Of a stretch of 57,305 nucleotides of DNA, positions 34,771 through 45,182 are shown in pieces. The stretch's first letter is position 1; every line of letters begins with the position of its first letter. Location: contig DAIQBJ010000002.1 in the NCBI GenBank assembly GCA_036781225.1, positions 1-57,305 of the forward strand, in the 5' to 3' direction. The DNA is from Gemmatimonadales bacterium (lineage in GTDB: Bacteria; Gemmatimonadota; Gemmatimonadetes; Gemmatimonadales; GWC2-71-9). Under the pieces are notes generated by a model. It saw nothing but the letters and a program-made list of their open reading frames with translations, did no database searches and was not told the DNA's origin. The translations under genes were made by a program, and so were the position numbers.

Positions 34771-35746
34771 CGATCTCCTCGATTGCTGCGATCACGGCCT
34801 CGACGCTGAGGTCACGCATGCAGCGATGATGTCCCAACGGGCAATGCAATGGTCCATGGGGCGAACACGGCCGGCACAGCAATCCTTCCACCCCCAGCGC
34901 GACGTCGCCAGCGCGCAGCGGCCCGAATCCGAACTCGGTGACGGTCGGTCCAAACAGCGCCACGATCGGAACGCCCATTGCGGTTGCGAGATGCAATGGC
35001 GCGCTGTCGTTCGTCACGAGCACCGCGGCACGGCCAATCAGAGCTGCGGATTGTCGCAGCGTCAATCGCCCACACGTATTGACGGCCGGTCGACCCGACG
35101 CCCGGACGGCCCCCACGATCTCATCTCCCAACCCAACGTCATCCTGGCCCCCGACGGCAACGACCGTCACGCGCTCTGCCAGCTTGGTGGCGAGCGCTGC
35201 GTAATACGGCCAGCGTTTACTGCCCCAGATCGATCCGGGTGCCAGGGCCACAAACTCTCCCTGAACGAGGCCGGCCGCTACTCGCTCATCCTCCGCCGTA
35301 GGGCGTAGCTGGGGACGATAGGCCGCCGGAGGCTCCTCCGCGAGGGCCAGCAACCGGTCGCTCTCGTGCCCGGCTCTCGGCTTGGGGCGTGACTCTGTAT
35401 AGAGGAAAGACCACGTACCCGAATACCCAATCCGCGAAGGGATTCGGGCTAGCCATGCGAGCGCAGCGGTCCGCAGCGAACGGTGCGGGATATACGCGTG
35501 GCGGTACCGCTCGACACTGAGAAGCCCCGCCAGCTTCCGTAAGCCGTCCCAGCCACGATCGACCCCGCGCTTGTCGTAGGGAATCACCTGCCTGACGGCT
35601 GGATGCGTTTCGATCAGCGGCGCGGCGATCGGCGTCGTGACGACATCGACGGGTCCGGAACGTGCCGCGAGTGCCGACAACAATGGAGTCGTCAGCACGA
35701 CATCGCCCAGGAACGCCGTTTGAATGACGAGGGTCTGCGAACTCAA
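34748..35746 (-). CDS. Glycosyltransferase family 9 (ADP-heptose:LPS heptosyltransferase-like)
   Basis: The TTG start at 35746 overlaps the upstream stop (TTGA). The N-terminus is LVIQTAFLGDVVLTTPLLSAL. Later blocks are GSIWGSKRWP and VTNDSAPLHLATAMGVPIVALFGPT. Confidence 0.85.
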   Translation of the reverse strand: MSSQTLVIQTAFLGDVVLTTPLLSALAARSGPVDVVTTPIAAPLIETHPAVRQVIPYDKRGVDRGWDGLRKLAGLLSVERYRHAYIPHRSLRTAALAWLARIPSRIGYSGTWSFLYTESRPKPRAGHESDRLLALAEEPPAAYRPQLRPTAEDERVAAGLVQGEFVALAPGSIWGSKRWPYYAALATKLAERVTVVAVGGQDDVGLGDEIVGAVRASGRPAVNTCGRLTLRQSAALIGRAAVLVTNDSAPLHLATAMGVPIVALFGPTVTEFGFGPLRAGDVALGVEGLLCRPCSPHGPLHCPLGHHRCMRDLSVEAVIAAIEEIGALRRRS

Positions 35747-36558
35747 GGAAGCCGCGCCACGGCCCACACCGGGTCGTGGTCGCTTGTGCCGAGCGTGTCG
35801 CGCACGATCCCGGTGACCTTGGTGCTCCGGGGCTCGGGCGTGCTGAAGCCCTTCAGGAAAATGTGATCCCAGTTGAAGAATGTACTGGTAAAGCCGTTGT
35901 GTTCGGTCGGCCATTGATAGCCGCCCGCCACGAATTCTTTCCCGATGCCGTGATTGTTCATGTCACCGGCGACGATGACGAACGGATATGCGGCGGCATC
36001 GGCGATGATCATGTCCGCCTGATCACGCCGCTTCGAGGGGCGAATGTCGCTGAGCGTCCCGAGGTGCGTACCATAGACACGAACCTTGAGCGTATCGACC
36101 AGCACCGTGACCGCCGTGGCGGTGCGTTGCGCGTGTCGCTGCCCGGCGATGTGCGGGAGCATCAGCTTTTCGTCCGCGACAATCGGCCAGCGCGAGAGGA
36201 CCGCATTCCCGAAGTCCTGGCGCGCCGCCTTGGGGTGAACCACGGCGGGATAGTAGACCCACGACATCCCCAGCGCCTCGGCGATGCGTCGCGTGCCCTC
36301 AGCGTCCATCTCCTGGAGCACGACGATGTCCGCACCCGGCAGCGGGGCGCGCGTCGTGAGCACGTTGATCGCCCGATCGATGTGCTTGCCCCACTGCACG
36401 TTGTAGGTCACCACGCGCAACACGCGCGACCCAAGCGCTGAGTCCGGCCGCGCAGGCGCCACGCCGGTGTACCGCGGGCCCAGGCGGCTCGGGTAATTGA
36501 GCACCGGGCTGCACCCGGTGATGGCGAGGACGAGTAGTCCAACCACGCGCCTAGTCAA
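35743..36558 (-). CDS. Endonuclease/exonuclease/phosphatase (EEP) family lipoprotein
   Basis: A lipobox (LAITGCS) is present. EEP motifs are [24 protein letters not shown] and SDHDPV. Confidence 0.8.
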   Translation of the reverse strand: MTRRVVGLLVLAITGCSPVLNYPSRLGPRYTGVAPARPDSALGSRVLRVVTYNVQWGKHIDRAINVLTTRAPLPGADIVVLQEMDAEGTRRIAEALGMSWVYYPAVVHPKAARQDFGNAVLSRWPIVADEKLMLPHIAGQRHAQRTATAVTVLVDTLKVRVYGTHLGTLSDIRPSKRRDQADMIIADAAAYPFVIVAGDMNNHGIGKEFVAGGYQWPTEHNGFTSTFFNWDHIFLKGFSTPEPRSTKVTGIVRDTLGTSDHDPVWAVARLP

Positions 36559-38350
36559 CTTGCAGCACCGCGAGAAATGCTTCTTGTGGAATCTCCACTG
36601 TGCCTACCTGCTTCATGCGTTTCTTCCCCTCTCGCTGCTTCTCGAGCAGCTTGCGTTTACGGGTAACGTCACCGCCGTAGCACTTGGCTGTGACGTTCTT
36701 GCGCAGCGGCCGTATCGATTCGCGGGCGATGACTTTCGTGCCGATCGCCGCTTGAATGACGACCTCGAATAACTGGCGCGGAATCAGTTCCTTCAGCTTT
36801 TCCGCGATCTTGCGGCCCCACTCGTACGCCTTGTCCCGGTGGATAATAACGCTGAACGCGTCCACCGCTTCACCGTTCAGCAGCATATCGAGCTTCACGA
36901 GCTCGCCCGGCCGGTACGCGAGAAACTCGTAGTCGAGCGAGGCGTAGCCGCGCGAGATCGTCTTCAGCTTGTCGTAGAAATCGAGAATGATCTCCCCGAG
37001 CGGGAACTCCCAATCGAACTCGACGCGCGTGGGATCGAGATACTGCATCCCCCGATAGACGCCGCGCCGTTCCTGGCCGAGCTTCATGATGCCGCCGATA
37101 TAGTCCGATGGCGCGAATATCCGTGCCTTCACATACGGCTCCTCGATTCGATCCACTTCCGAGCCATGCGGCAGGAGGCTGGGGTTCTCGACCAGCTCCA
37201 TCGTTCCGTCGGTCCGGTAGACGTGGTACTCCACGTTCGGAACCGTGCTGATCAGGTCGAGATCGAATTCGCGCTCCAGCCGTTCGCGCACGATCTCCAT
37301 GTGCAGCAAGCCCAGGAAGCCGCACCGAAAACCGAATCCCAACGCGACCGACGTCTCCGGCTCATAATGGAGTGACGCGTCGTTCAGCTGCAGCTTTGCG
37401 AGCGCGTCCCGCAGCTCCTCGTACTGCTCCGCATTGGTAGGGTAGAGACCCGCAAACACCATCGACTGGATGTCGCGGTAGCCGGGGAGCAACGGGACGT
37501 CGCGATGCTCCGCGTCGAACACCGTGTCGCCCGGCCGGGTCTCGCGCACGCCGCGCACGTTGGCGACGACGTAACCGACCTCTCCTGCCTCGAGCTGCTC
37601 GGCCGGCTTGTGCCCCAACTGCAGATACCCCACTTCGTCGACCTCATAGACGTCGTCGCGATGGGCGCCGAAGGCGATCTTCATGCCGGGCTTGATCACC
37701 CCATCGACTACCCGAATCGAGGGAATGGCGCCACGGTAGCGGTCGTAATAGGAGTCGAAAATGAGGGCCCGCAGGGGGGCCTCATGGGTGCCGCGGGGGG
37801 CCGGCACCCTGCGCACCACTGCCTCGAGGAGCTCCGGGACGCCACGCCCCTCCTTGGCCGAAATCCTCAGGATCTCGTCCGGTTTGGTGCCGATCAGATC
37901 GTGGATCTCGTGGGCCCGCTTCTCGGGCTCGGCCCCCGGTAGATCGATCTTGTTCAGGACGGGTATGATTTCCAGCCCTGCATCCATGGCAAGCAGTAGA
38001 TTGGACAGGGTTTGTGCCTGGATCCCCTGAGACGCGTCCACGACCAGAATCGCACCCTCGCAGGCAACCAGGGACCGCGACACCTCGTACGTAAAGTCGA
38101 CGTGCCCGGGCGTATCGATGAGGTTCAGCTCGTACAATTGGCCATCTTTGGCGTGATAACTCATCCGTACGGCGTTCAGCTTGATCGTAATGCCACGCTC
38201 GCGCTCCAGGTCCATCGTATCGAGGACCTGGTCACGCATGAGCCGCTTGTCGAGGGTGCCGGTGAGCTCGATCAGCCTGTCAGCGAGGGTAGATTTGCCG
38301 TGGTCGATGTGCGCCACGATGCAGAAGTTGCGGATGTGATCCTGTCGCAT
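36551..38350 (-). CDS. lepA: Translation elongation factor 4
   Basis: The 599-aa protein has an N-terminal GTPase domain ([33 protein letters not shown]). The LepA-specific C-terminal domain reads ..[26 protein letters not shown]. Confidence 0.95.
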   Translation of the reverse strand: MRQDHIRNFCIVAHIDHGKSTLADRLIELTGTLDKRLMRDQVLDTMDLERERGITIKLNAVRMSYHAKDGQLYELNLIDTPGHVDFTYEVSRSLVACEGAILVVDASQGIQAQTLSNLLLAMDAGLEIIPVLNKIDLPGAEPEKRAHEIHDLIGTKPDEILRISAKEGRGVPELLEAVVRRVPAPRGTHEAPLRALIFDSYYDRYRGAIPSIRVVDGVIKPGMKIAFGAHRDDVYEVDEVGYLQLGHKPAEQLEAGEVGYVVANVRGVRETRPGDTVFDAEHRDVPLLPGYRDIQSMVFAGLYPTNAEQYEELRDALAKLQLNDASLHYEPETSVALGFGFRCGFLGLLHMEIVRERLEREFDLDLISTVPNVEYHVYRTDGTMELVENPSLLPHGSEVDRIEEPYVKARIFAPSDYIGGIMKLGQERRGVYRGMQYLDPTRVEFDWEFPLGEIILDFYDKLKTISRGYASLDYEFLAYRPGELVKLDMLLNGEAVDAFSVIIHRDKAYEWGRKIAEKLKELIPRQLFEVVIQAAIGTKVIARESIRPLRKNVTAKCYGGDVTRKRKLLEKQREGKKRMKQVGTVEIPQEAFLAVLQVD

Positions 38351-38394
38351 GCGGCGGTAAATATAGCCAGCAGTGATCTGTCATCGGCTGGCGG

Positions 38395-39495
38395 ATGCTC
38401 TATCTTTCTTCCCGGTACCCACCCCGCATGGCTCCGATAACCGGTTGGTTTGATCCTTCGCAGAAGGGCGGCGCGCTCCGCCTGGCGGCGAACAGCTATC
38501 TCCCCGCGAAGGGGGATCCGCCGGTTCGCATGCCCGGCCTGCGGCGCGGCGATCTGATCGTTCTCGAGAATGGCCAGGTCACCACCGTCAACGGTCTTCC
38601 CGCCGCGCAGCTCGATGGCCGGCCCGACTTCGCGTCGCTCGGCGCGGTCCACCCGAGCCGTCCTCTCACATTGGAAACGGAGCGTGCCTCGAGCCCGCGC
38701 ACGGCGGACATCCAGCGCGTCGTGGATCTCGTCTGCCCGTTCGGATTTGGCCAGCGCGCGCTCATCGTTTCGCCGCCCAAGGCGGGAAAGACGATGATGC
38801 TGCAGGCGATCGCGGAGGCGGTCGCGGAAAACCACCCGCAGGCGTTGCTGCTGATTCTGCTGGTCGATGAACGGCCCGAAGAAGTCACCGAGATGGTCGA
38901 TTGGGGCAGGGGAGAGGTGATCGCATCGAGCTTCGACCTGCCCCACGAGCGCCACGTCGCCGCGGCCGAGATGGTGTTCGATCACGCCCGCCGCCAGGTC
39001 GAGCTGCAGCGGGACGTCGTAATCGTACTCGACTCCCTGACGCGCCTCGCCCGCTCGCACAACACGACAGGGCGAGGAAGTGGCCGCACGATGACAGGCG
39101 GGCTCGACGCGAATGCGCTGGCGAAGCCGAAGGCGCTGTTCGGAGCGGCGCGCGCGGTGCCCCCCCCCGGTGGCGGATCGCTCACCGTGATCGCGACGGC
39201 GCTCGTCGAAACCGAGAGCCGGATGGACGACATCATCTTCGAGGAGTTCAAGGGGACGGGTAACGCGGAGCTGCGGCTGACGCGTGATCTGGCGGACCGG
39301 CGCATCTATCCGGCCGTGGACATCGCCGCGAGCGGCACGCGACGCGAAGAGCTGCTCGCCGATGCCAAAACCATCGAGGCGAAACACAAACTCCGGCGGG
39401 CCCTGGTGGGGCTGCCGCCGGAGCAGGCGATGCAATCGTTACTACAGCAGATGAAACGCGCGACTACGAATGCTACTTTGTTGAATGCTTTTTAG
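38395..39495 (+). CDS. rho: Transcription termination factor Rho with a minimised N-terminal domain
   Basis: It has Walker A PPKAGKT and the blocks LLVDERPEEVTEM, DSLTRLARSHN, SLTVIATALVETESRMDDIIFEEFKGTGNAEL and IYPAVDI..SGTRREELL. An in-frame TGA at 38374-38376 prevents any longer N-terminus. An alternative start is ATG 38428. Confidence 0.85.
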   Translation: MLYLSSRYPPRMAPITGWFDPSQKGGALRLAANSYLPAKGDPPVRMPGLRRGDLIVLENGQVTTVNGLPAAQLDGRPDFASLGAVHPSRPLTLETERASSPRTADIQRVVDLVCPFGFGQRALIVSPPKAGKTMMLQAIAEAVAENHPQALLLILLVDERPEEVTEMVDWGRGEVIASSFDLPHERHVAAAEMVFDHARRQVELQRDVVIVLDSLTRLARSHNTTGRGSGRTMTGGLDANALAKPKALFGAARAVPPPGGGSLTVIATALVETESRMDDIIFEEFKGTGNAELRLTRDLADRRIYPAVDIAASGTRREELLADAKTIEAKHKLRRALVGLPPEQAMQSLLQQMKRATTNATLLNAF

Positions 39496-39808
39496 ACGAC
39501 GAAGCCGCCGACACCGAGACGATGTGGCCGGTCATCGCATTGATAGTCACCCGCTCGACGTTGTTCTTGCCGTTCGCTTTGATGCCGAACACCCAGTCTA
39601 GCTTTCCACTCTTCTCGTACAGCTTGACGCCTTCGACGGTCCCCGGAACACGCTTCAGAGCGATTCCGCGAGCCGAATCCTCACTGACCTTGGCCTTCCC
39701 GACGAGACTGTCGGGAACCTGCCGCATTGGCTGCTGAGCCGAGAGGCTGGCCGTCCCTGCTACGAGGGAGAGTCCGGCAATGAGGGCGATCTTGTTGATA
39801 ACACGCAT
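39473..39808 (-). CDS. Secreted PepSY-domain protein
   Basis: The ATG at 39808 is preceded by GGAG 8 nt upstream. A signal peptide (MRVINKIALIAGLSLVAGTASLSAQ) is followed by the PepSY-like core ISEDSARGIALKRVPGTVEGVKLYEKSGKLDWVFGIK..VTINAMTGHIV. Confidence 0.7.
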   Translation of the reverse strand: MRVINKIALIAGLSLVAGTASLSAQQPMRQVPDSLVGKAKVSEDSARGIALKRVPGTVEGVKLYEKSGKLDWVFGIKANGKNNVERVTINAMTGHIVSVSAASSSKKHSTK

Positions 39809-39872
39809 GGTGCAAACTCCAGGAATGAGGGTGGTCGTGTCGCCATTTGAGACCACCGCACTCCCGGGATGG

Positions 39873-42800
39873 TCACTGCAGCCTGAAATCCCGTCCCCGG
39901 ATCGCGACCAGCAGTGTCGGCACAGCGAACAGAGTGATCGGGGTCGAAAGGACTAACCCTCCGATCACGGCCAGCGCCAGCGGCCGTTGCAGCTCGCTTC
40001 CCGCTCCGATTCCCAGCGCGAGCGGCAGGAGCCCGAACAGGGTGCAGAGCGTCGTCATCAGGATTGGGCGGAGACGCACCCTCGCCGCCTCACGAATTGC
40101 CACGTCGAGCGTTACGCGTTCTTTACGCATCTGCAAGCGTGTGAAGTCCAGCAGGATGATGCCGTTCTTGACGATGAGTCCCACCAGCAGAATCAGCCCC
40201 ATGAACGAGGCGACGTTGAGGGCAGTCCCCGTGATCAGCAACAGCAGGAGCGCGCCTACGAAGGACACCGGGGCGACCAGCAGCACGACCAACGGCTCGA
40301 CGAACGACTCGAACTGCACGACCATCACCGCACACACGCTGACGACGGCGAGGAACAGCACGAGCAGTAACGCGCGGAAGGCCTCCTGCTGGCTCTCATA
40401 CTGGCCGCCGAGGGCGACGCGAATCCCGGCGGGTGCCGGTTGCTGGGCGAGCACCCGCCGCACATCGCCCATCACGCCGCCGAGCGAGCGGCCGCTCACG
40501 TCCGCGGTGATCGCGATCATCTGCTGCTGGTTCTCGCGCTCGAGATTCATGCGCGCTTCAGCGGTCGTGAAGGTCGCGAGACTGCCGAGCGGCGTGCTAC
40601 CCGTAACGGGCAGGGCGCGCAGTCGCAGGGGATCGAAGCGTACCGAGTCCGGAGCGCGCACGCGCACCGCAACGGGTCGGTCCTCACTCCTGATCTCGCC
40701 CGCGTGCGTGCCGAGCAGCGCGCCGCTCACGACATCGCCGATATCCTGCGGCGTCAGACCGACGCGACCAGCCTCCGCCTGATTGACACGCATCAAGAGT
40801 TCGGGCGACGGCTCGCTCACGCCGTTGTACAAGTCCTCCAGCCCCGCAACGCTGTCGAGGCCCGGTTCCAGCCGGCGCGCGTACGCTTCGAGCGAGTCCA
40901 GCCGTTCCCCGAACAGTTTGATCTCGACCGGCTTCGCGTTGCCGGCCAGGTCGTTGATCACGTCCGACAGAATCTGCACGAACTCGATACGCATTCGCGG
41001 GACAGCGGCGGTGATTTCCTCGCGCACGTCGTCGATGACCGCAAAGATGTCGCGCGACCGACGACCGGGTGGTTTCAGGCGCGCGACGATGTCGCCTGTG
41101 TTCTGCGCCGTCGCGAACAGCCCCAGCTCGGCGCCGGTACGGCGCGAGGTGCCTTCGACCTCCGGCGTGGCAGCGAGGATGCGCTCTGCGATGTTGACTT
41201 CGCGGTCGGTTTCCGCCAGCGCCGTCCCGCCGGGCGTGAAGTAGTCGAGCACGAAGGCCCCTTCGTCCATCTCGGGGAGAAAGCCGGTCTCGACGAGCTG
41301 CCACAGTCCGATGCCGACGACGACGAGTGCCACCGCTGCGATCACGATCCGGCGCGTATGCCGCAGCACCGATCTCAAAGCCCCCTCATAGCGGTCGCCC
41401 AGGGTATCCAGTGCCGCCTGCGCTCTCGCGAGCAACCCGGCGCGTGTCGGCTCGACTTCATGAGCCGTCACGAACTGCTCGGCCAGTAACGGGATGATGG
41501 TGAGCGCGAGGATCAACGAAACGAGCACGGCGACCGTCAGCGTGGTGGCCAGGGCGGCGAAGAACTGGCCGACGACCCCCTGTAAGAGACCGAGCGGCAG
41601 AAACACGACCACCGTCGTGAGCGTGGACGTCGTGACCGGCCAGATGAGCTCCTGCACCGCGCTTCGAATCGCCTGTTCCCGATCCTCCCCCCCCGTCAGG
41701 CGCAGGTGACGGGCGATGTTCTCGGTGATGACTACCGCGTCGTCGATGACCAGGCCGATCGCGATGGCCATCGCGCCCAGGGTCATCAGGTTGAAGGTCT
41801 GCCCGAGCATGCGCATGACGAACACCGTGATGGCGAGCGTCAGCGGGATAGAAGTGGCGCTGATGGCGGTAATTCGGCCGTGCCGCAAAAACACGAGCAG
41901 GACCAGCACCGCGAGCGCCGCGCCGACGAGCATCGCGTCGCGCACGGAATGGACCGCGGCGCGAACGAGCTGGGCTTGGTCGTAGACCGGTTTGAGGTGA
42001 ACGCCAGGAGGAAGCGTGGGGGCGATCGCTGCCGTGATCCGCGCAACGCTGTCGGCGATGGCCAAGGTATTGCCGCCCAGCTGGCGGGTGATGTTGATGA
42101 GCGCAGCCGGCCGGCCGTCGCCGGCGATGATGCGGACATGGTCTTCGGTCCCGACCTGCACCGTGGCCAAGTCCCGCACGTGCAATCCACCACGCACGAC
42201 CACGTCGCCGATGTCAGCGACAGCGTGGGCTTCCTGGTCGGTGACGATGAGATATTGCCGGTAGTCCTGGGCGACCCGACCGACGGCCTGAACGGTGATG
42301 GCCCGCCGGATCGCGTCGGCGAGATCGCCATAGGAGATTCCGTGCGCGATGAGTCGCGCCGGATCGGCAATCACCTCGATCTCGCGCACGTCCGAGCCCT
42401 GGACGTCGACTCGGCCCACGCCGGGCACCCGCGAGATCAACGGTTTGATCTCGTAGCGCGCGAGGTCGTACAGTGCTGCCGCGTCGCCACCCTCGACGTT
42501 GTAGGAGAGGATCGGAAACAGGGAGGGCGTCTGCTGCTCGATCTGGATGTCCAGGTCGCTCGGCAACGCCCCCTGGATCTGGTTCACGCGCGCGCGCACT
42601 AGTTGCAGCGCGCGATCCATGTCGGAGGCGGGCGTGAAGGTGACGGCGATCTCGGCCGCGCCGCGAATCGTGTGCGAGCGCACGCGGCTAACTCCGGGAA
42701 CGATGCTGACCGCCTCCTCCAGCGGACGAGTGATGCTGAAGACGATCTGCCGAGCCCCCAGCGGGGACCCCTGCGCGACGATCGTGATGCGTGAAAACCG

Positions 42801-42920
42801 CAGCTCAGGATAGATGGCGGAGGGGAGCCGCAGCGCGGCCCAGATCCCGGCCGCACTGAGGATGCCGACGACGAGGTAGACGAAGCGTCGCTGCCGGCTG
42901 AGGATATCGAACAGGCTCAC
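39873..42920 (-). CDS. RND efflux transporter inner-membrane permease (AcrB/CzcA superfamily; substrate unassigned)
   Basis: The protein is 1015 aa with a 12-TM layout and two large periplasmic loops. The TM4 motif is AIAIGLVIDDAVVITENI. Confidence 0.92.
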   Translation of the reverse strand: MSLFDILSRQRRFVYLVVGILSAAGIWAALRLPSAIYPELRFSRITIVAQGSPLGARQIVFSITRPLEEAVSIVPGVSRVRSHTIRGAAEIAVTFTPASDMDRALQLVRARVNQIQGALPSDLDIQIEQQTPSLFPILSYNVEGGDAAALYDLARYEIKPLISRVPGVGRVDVQGSDVREIEVIADPARLIAHGISYGDLADAIRRAITVQAVGRVAQDYRQYLIVTDQEAHAVADIGDVVVRGGLHVRDLATVQVGTEDHVRIIAGDGRPAALINITRQLGGNTLAIADSVARITAAIAPTLPPGVHLKPVYDQAQLVRAAVHSVRDAMLVGAALAVLVLLVFLRHGRITAISATSIPLTLAITVFVMRMLGQTFNLMTLGAMAIAIGLVIDDAVVITENIARHLRLTGGEDREQAIRSAVQELIWPVTTSTLTTVVVFLPLGLLQGVVGQFFAALATTLTVAVLVSLILALTIIPLLAEQFVTAHEVEPTRAGLLARAQAALDTLGDRYEGALRSVLRHTRRIVIAAVALVVVGIGLWQLVETGFLPEMDEGAFVLDYFTPGGTALAETDREVNIAERILAATPEVEGTSRRTGAELGLFATAQNTGDIVARLKPPGRRSRDIFAVIDDVREEITAAVPRMRIEFVQILSDVINDLAGNAKPVEIKLFGERLDSLEAYARRLEPGLDSVAGLEDLYNGVSEPSPELLMRVNQAEAGRVGLTPQDIGDVVSGALLGTHAGEIRSEDRPVAVRVRAPDSVRFDPLRLRALPVTGSTPLGSLATFTTAEARMNLERENQQQMIAITADVSGRSLGGVMGDVRRVLAQQPAPAGIRVALGGQYESQQEAFRALLLVLFLAVVSVCAVMVVQFESFVEPLVVLLVAPVSFVGALLLLLITGTALNVASFMGLILLVGLIVKNGIILLDFTRLQMRKERVTLDVAIREAARVRLRPILMTTLCTLFGLLPLALGIGAGSELQRPLALAVIGGLVLSTPITLFAVPTLLVAIRGRDFRLQ

Positions 42921-43963
42921 GGCTTGGACGCGCGCACCTTCACGCTGTCGGTGACGCCGTAGGCACCCGTCGTCACGACGGTCTCGCCCGCCTCGAGGCC
43001 GCTCGTGATCTCCGCCCGGTTCTCGCTCCGCGCCCCCACGGTGACCGGACGCGCGTGCGCGATGCCGGCCGAGTCGACGACGTAGACGCGGAATCCCTCA
43101 CCTTCGGGCACCAGCGCCTCGATCGGAATGGTGACCGAGTTCGCGTGCACCCCCGTCACGATATGTCCGGACACCGATTCGCCGATGCGGAGCGCTCGCT
43201 CCCGGGACGTCCGGGTCACACGCGCGCGCACCGCAACGGCGCGCGATGCGGAGTCGACCGCACCCCCGATGTTCGTGATCTCAGCGGAACCGAGATCTTC
43301 CGCGCCGGTGCCTTCACCGCTTTTCAGAGAGAGCGTGTCACCGGCGTGAATGCGCGCTGCCTCGGCCGGCGAAACGTTGAAGAGCACGTCGAGCGCGGTG
43401 GGATCGGCTACCTCGACGAGAGTCTGGGCCGCATCGACGGACGCGCCCATCACGGCGCTCATGCGCGTGACCACGCCCGCGAGCGGTGCGCGGAGGGTGG
43501 CGAGCTCTTGCGCCCGCCGGGCCGTGACGGCGGCCGACTGCGCAACGGCCAGGTCGGCCGCGGCCTGGTCGGCGTCCTTCTGGGGCAGGATGCCTGCCTG
43601 GACGAGGCGTTGGGCGCGGGCGGCGGCGCGCTCGGCATTCGCCAGAGTCGCCCCCGCGCTCTGCGCCGCGGCATCGAACGGCGCGTGCTCGAACTCGATG
43701 AGCGAGTCACCCTTGGCCACATGCTGGCCCGCGACTACGAAGATGTGTGCGACACGAGTCGGTCCGGGCGGAGCGAGCGCGGCGTAGCGGCCCGGCCGCG
43801 CGCCGACTGTCCCGATTGCATTGATCGACTGTGGGAACGCCTCTCGAGTAGTCACTGCCGTTCCCACGCCTACCGCGGTCGCCTCCACGGCGTCCTGTTT
43901 CGCCCCGCCTTTGCAGGCAGTGACGACCAGCAGTACAAACACGATTCCTGATGATCTGCTCAT
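42917..43963 (-). CDS. RND efflux periplasmic adaptor (membrane fusion protein)
   Basis: A lipobox-like N-terminus (LLVVTACKG) is present. The layout is lipoyl/barrel-sandwich plus an alpha-hairpin rich in A/Q. Both ends overlap the neighbours by 4 nt. Confidence 0.85.
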   Translation of the reverse strand: MSRSSGIVFVLLVVTACKGGAKQDAVEATAVGVGTAVTTREAFPQSINAIGTVGARPGRYAALAPPGPTRVAHIFVVAGQHVAKGDSLIEFEHAPFDAAAQSAGATLANAERAAARAQRLVQAGILPQKDADQAAADLAVAQSAAVTARRAQELATLRAPLAGVVTRMSAVMGASVDAAQTLVEVADPTALDVLFNVSPAEAARIHAGDTLSLKSGEGTGAEDLGSAEITNIGGAVDSASRAVAVRARVTRTSRERALRIGESVSGHIVTGVHANSVTIPIEALVPEGEGFRVYVVDSAGIAHARPVTVGARSENRAEITSGLEAGETVVTTGAYGVTDSVKVRASKP

Positions 43964-45162
43964 GGCTCGCCAGGTCCAGTGGTCAGCCAGCGCAACATCC
44001 GCGCGGCTGTGTCCGTTGCCGCCAGGTCGTCGATGTAGCGCGCCACGATCTCCCGCGCATTGCGCTGCGCTTCGAGGACGTTCGCGAGCGGGACGGCCCC
44101 TTCGCTGTATGCCTGCAGAGACATCGCGGCAACGCGACTGGCGCTCTCCACGAGCGCCGCCGAGCGACGCAGGCGGTCCCGCGCCGCAGCCAATTCGCGG
44201 CGCGCCCGCGTCACCGCCGCGTCGCTCTCACGACGCGCGAGCTCCAGCTCGGCGCGCGCTCGATCGCGCTCGGCCACCGCGCGGGTCACCTCACCGCCAC
44301 TCCAGTTGAAGAGGGGGACGGGCAGCGAGAAGCCGATCACCGGCAACAGCTGGCTGGGTGTCGAGCTGCCAGGATCGCCTTTGTCGAAGCCAATCTCGAA
44401 GCTCGGCGCAAACAGGCTTGCTCGCGTGAACCTGACGGTTCGCTCCGCCGAGCGCAGCGAGGCGGCGGCCGCAGCGACCGGGAACAGCTCGCCGGTGGCT
44501 GGGGAGAGTGAAGAATCGGGAGAGGGGGGAGCAACGAGCGTGTCACGCAGCGTGATCGCCGGGGCGTCACCCGTCAGCCCCATCTGCAGCTGGAGCGACA
44601 GGAGCGTCGTGAGCGCGGCGAGCGAATCATCGAGCGCCACATTCTCGAGCTGGCCGGCATTCACCGCCGCCAGTAGCACATCGAGCTCGCTCACGTCGCC
44701 GACGTCGCGCCGGAGCTCGGCAATCTTGTGAAGACTGTCGGCATCATCAGCGGTGCGACGCGACAGGCGCGCATGCAGGGCGGTCGCGAGGCTGCGCGTA
44801 TAGGTGGTGTCGACGTCGAAGCGAATCGCGGCACGCTCGTAAGCAAATCGATAGCCCGCCGCATCGCGGGCAGCCTCGGCGGCGCCGATCCGCGGCGATC
44901 GCAGCCACGGCATATCGAGCGGCAGATCGGCCAGCGCATGATAGTTCGGCGGGTCCTTCGTGTAGCTGCCGGAGAAGATCGGGTTGGGAAACGCGCGAGC
45001 GGCTCGCACGCCGCCCAGCGCAGCGGTCGTGTCTGCCCGGCCCACGGCGATGCGCGCGCCGCGCGCGAGCGCGGCAGCGACCGCGTCGACGCGGCTCACC
45101 GGCTGCTGCGCGCACAACAGCACCGGGGCAACAATGAACAGAAGGGAAACGGCTTCCCGCAT
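43960..45162 (-). CDS. TolC-family outer-membrane efflux protein
   Basis: The 400-aa protein has a signal peptide and a two-fold repeated helical/beta pattern typical of OMF proteins. It is the first gene of an OMF-MFP-RND triplet. Confidence 0.85.
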   Translation of the reverse strand: MREAVSLLFIVAPVLLCAQQPVSRVDAVAAALARGARIAVGRADTTAALGGVRAARAFPNPIFSGSYTKDPPNYHALADLPLDMPWLRSPRIGAAEAARDAAGYRFAYERAAIRFDVDTTYTRSLATALHARLSRRTADDADSLHKIAELRRDVGDVSELDVLLAAVNAGQLENVALDDSLAALTTLLSLQLQMGLTGDAPAITLRDTLVAPPSPDSSLSPATGELFPVAAAAASLRSAERTVRFTRASLFAPSFEIGFDKGDPGSSTPSQLLPVIGFSLPVPLFNWSGGEVTRAVAERDRARAELELARRESDAAVTRARRELAAARDRLRRSAALVESASRVAAMSLQAYSEGAVPLANVLEAQRNAREIVARYIDDLAATDTAARMLRWLTTGPGEP

Positions 45163-45182
45163 GGCGAGAAACCTACGAGTCG

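Noticed and set aside
39873-45162. The OMF-MFP-RND triplet could be called a CzcCBA/CusCBA heavy-metal efflux system.
   Set aside because: Gene order and the adjacent two-component system fit. However, the pump's TM4 motif has the AcrB-like Asp-Asp pair (VIDDAVV) rather than the motifs I recall for CzcA or CusA. I left the substrate class unassigned.
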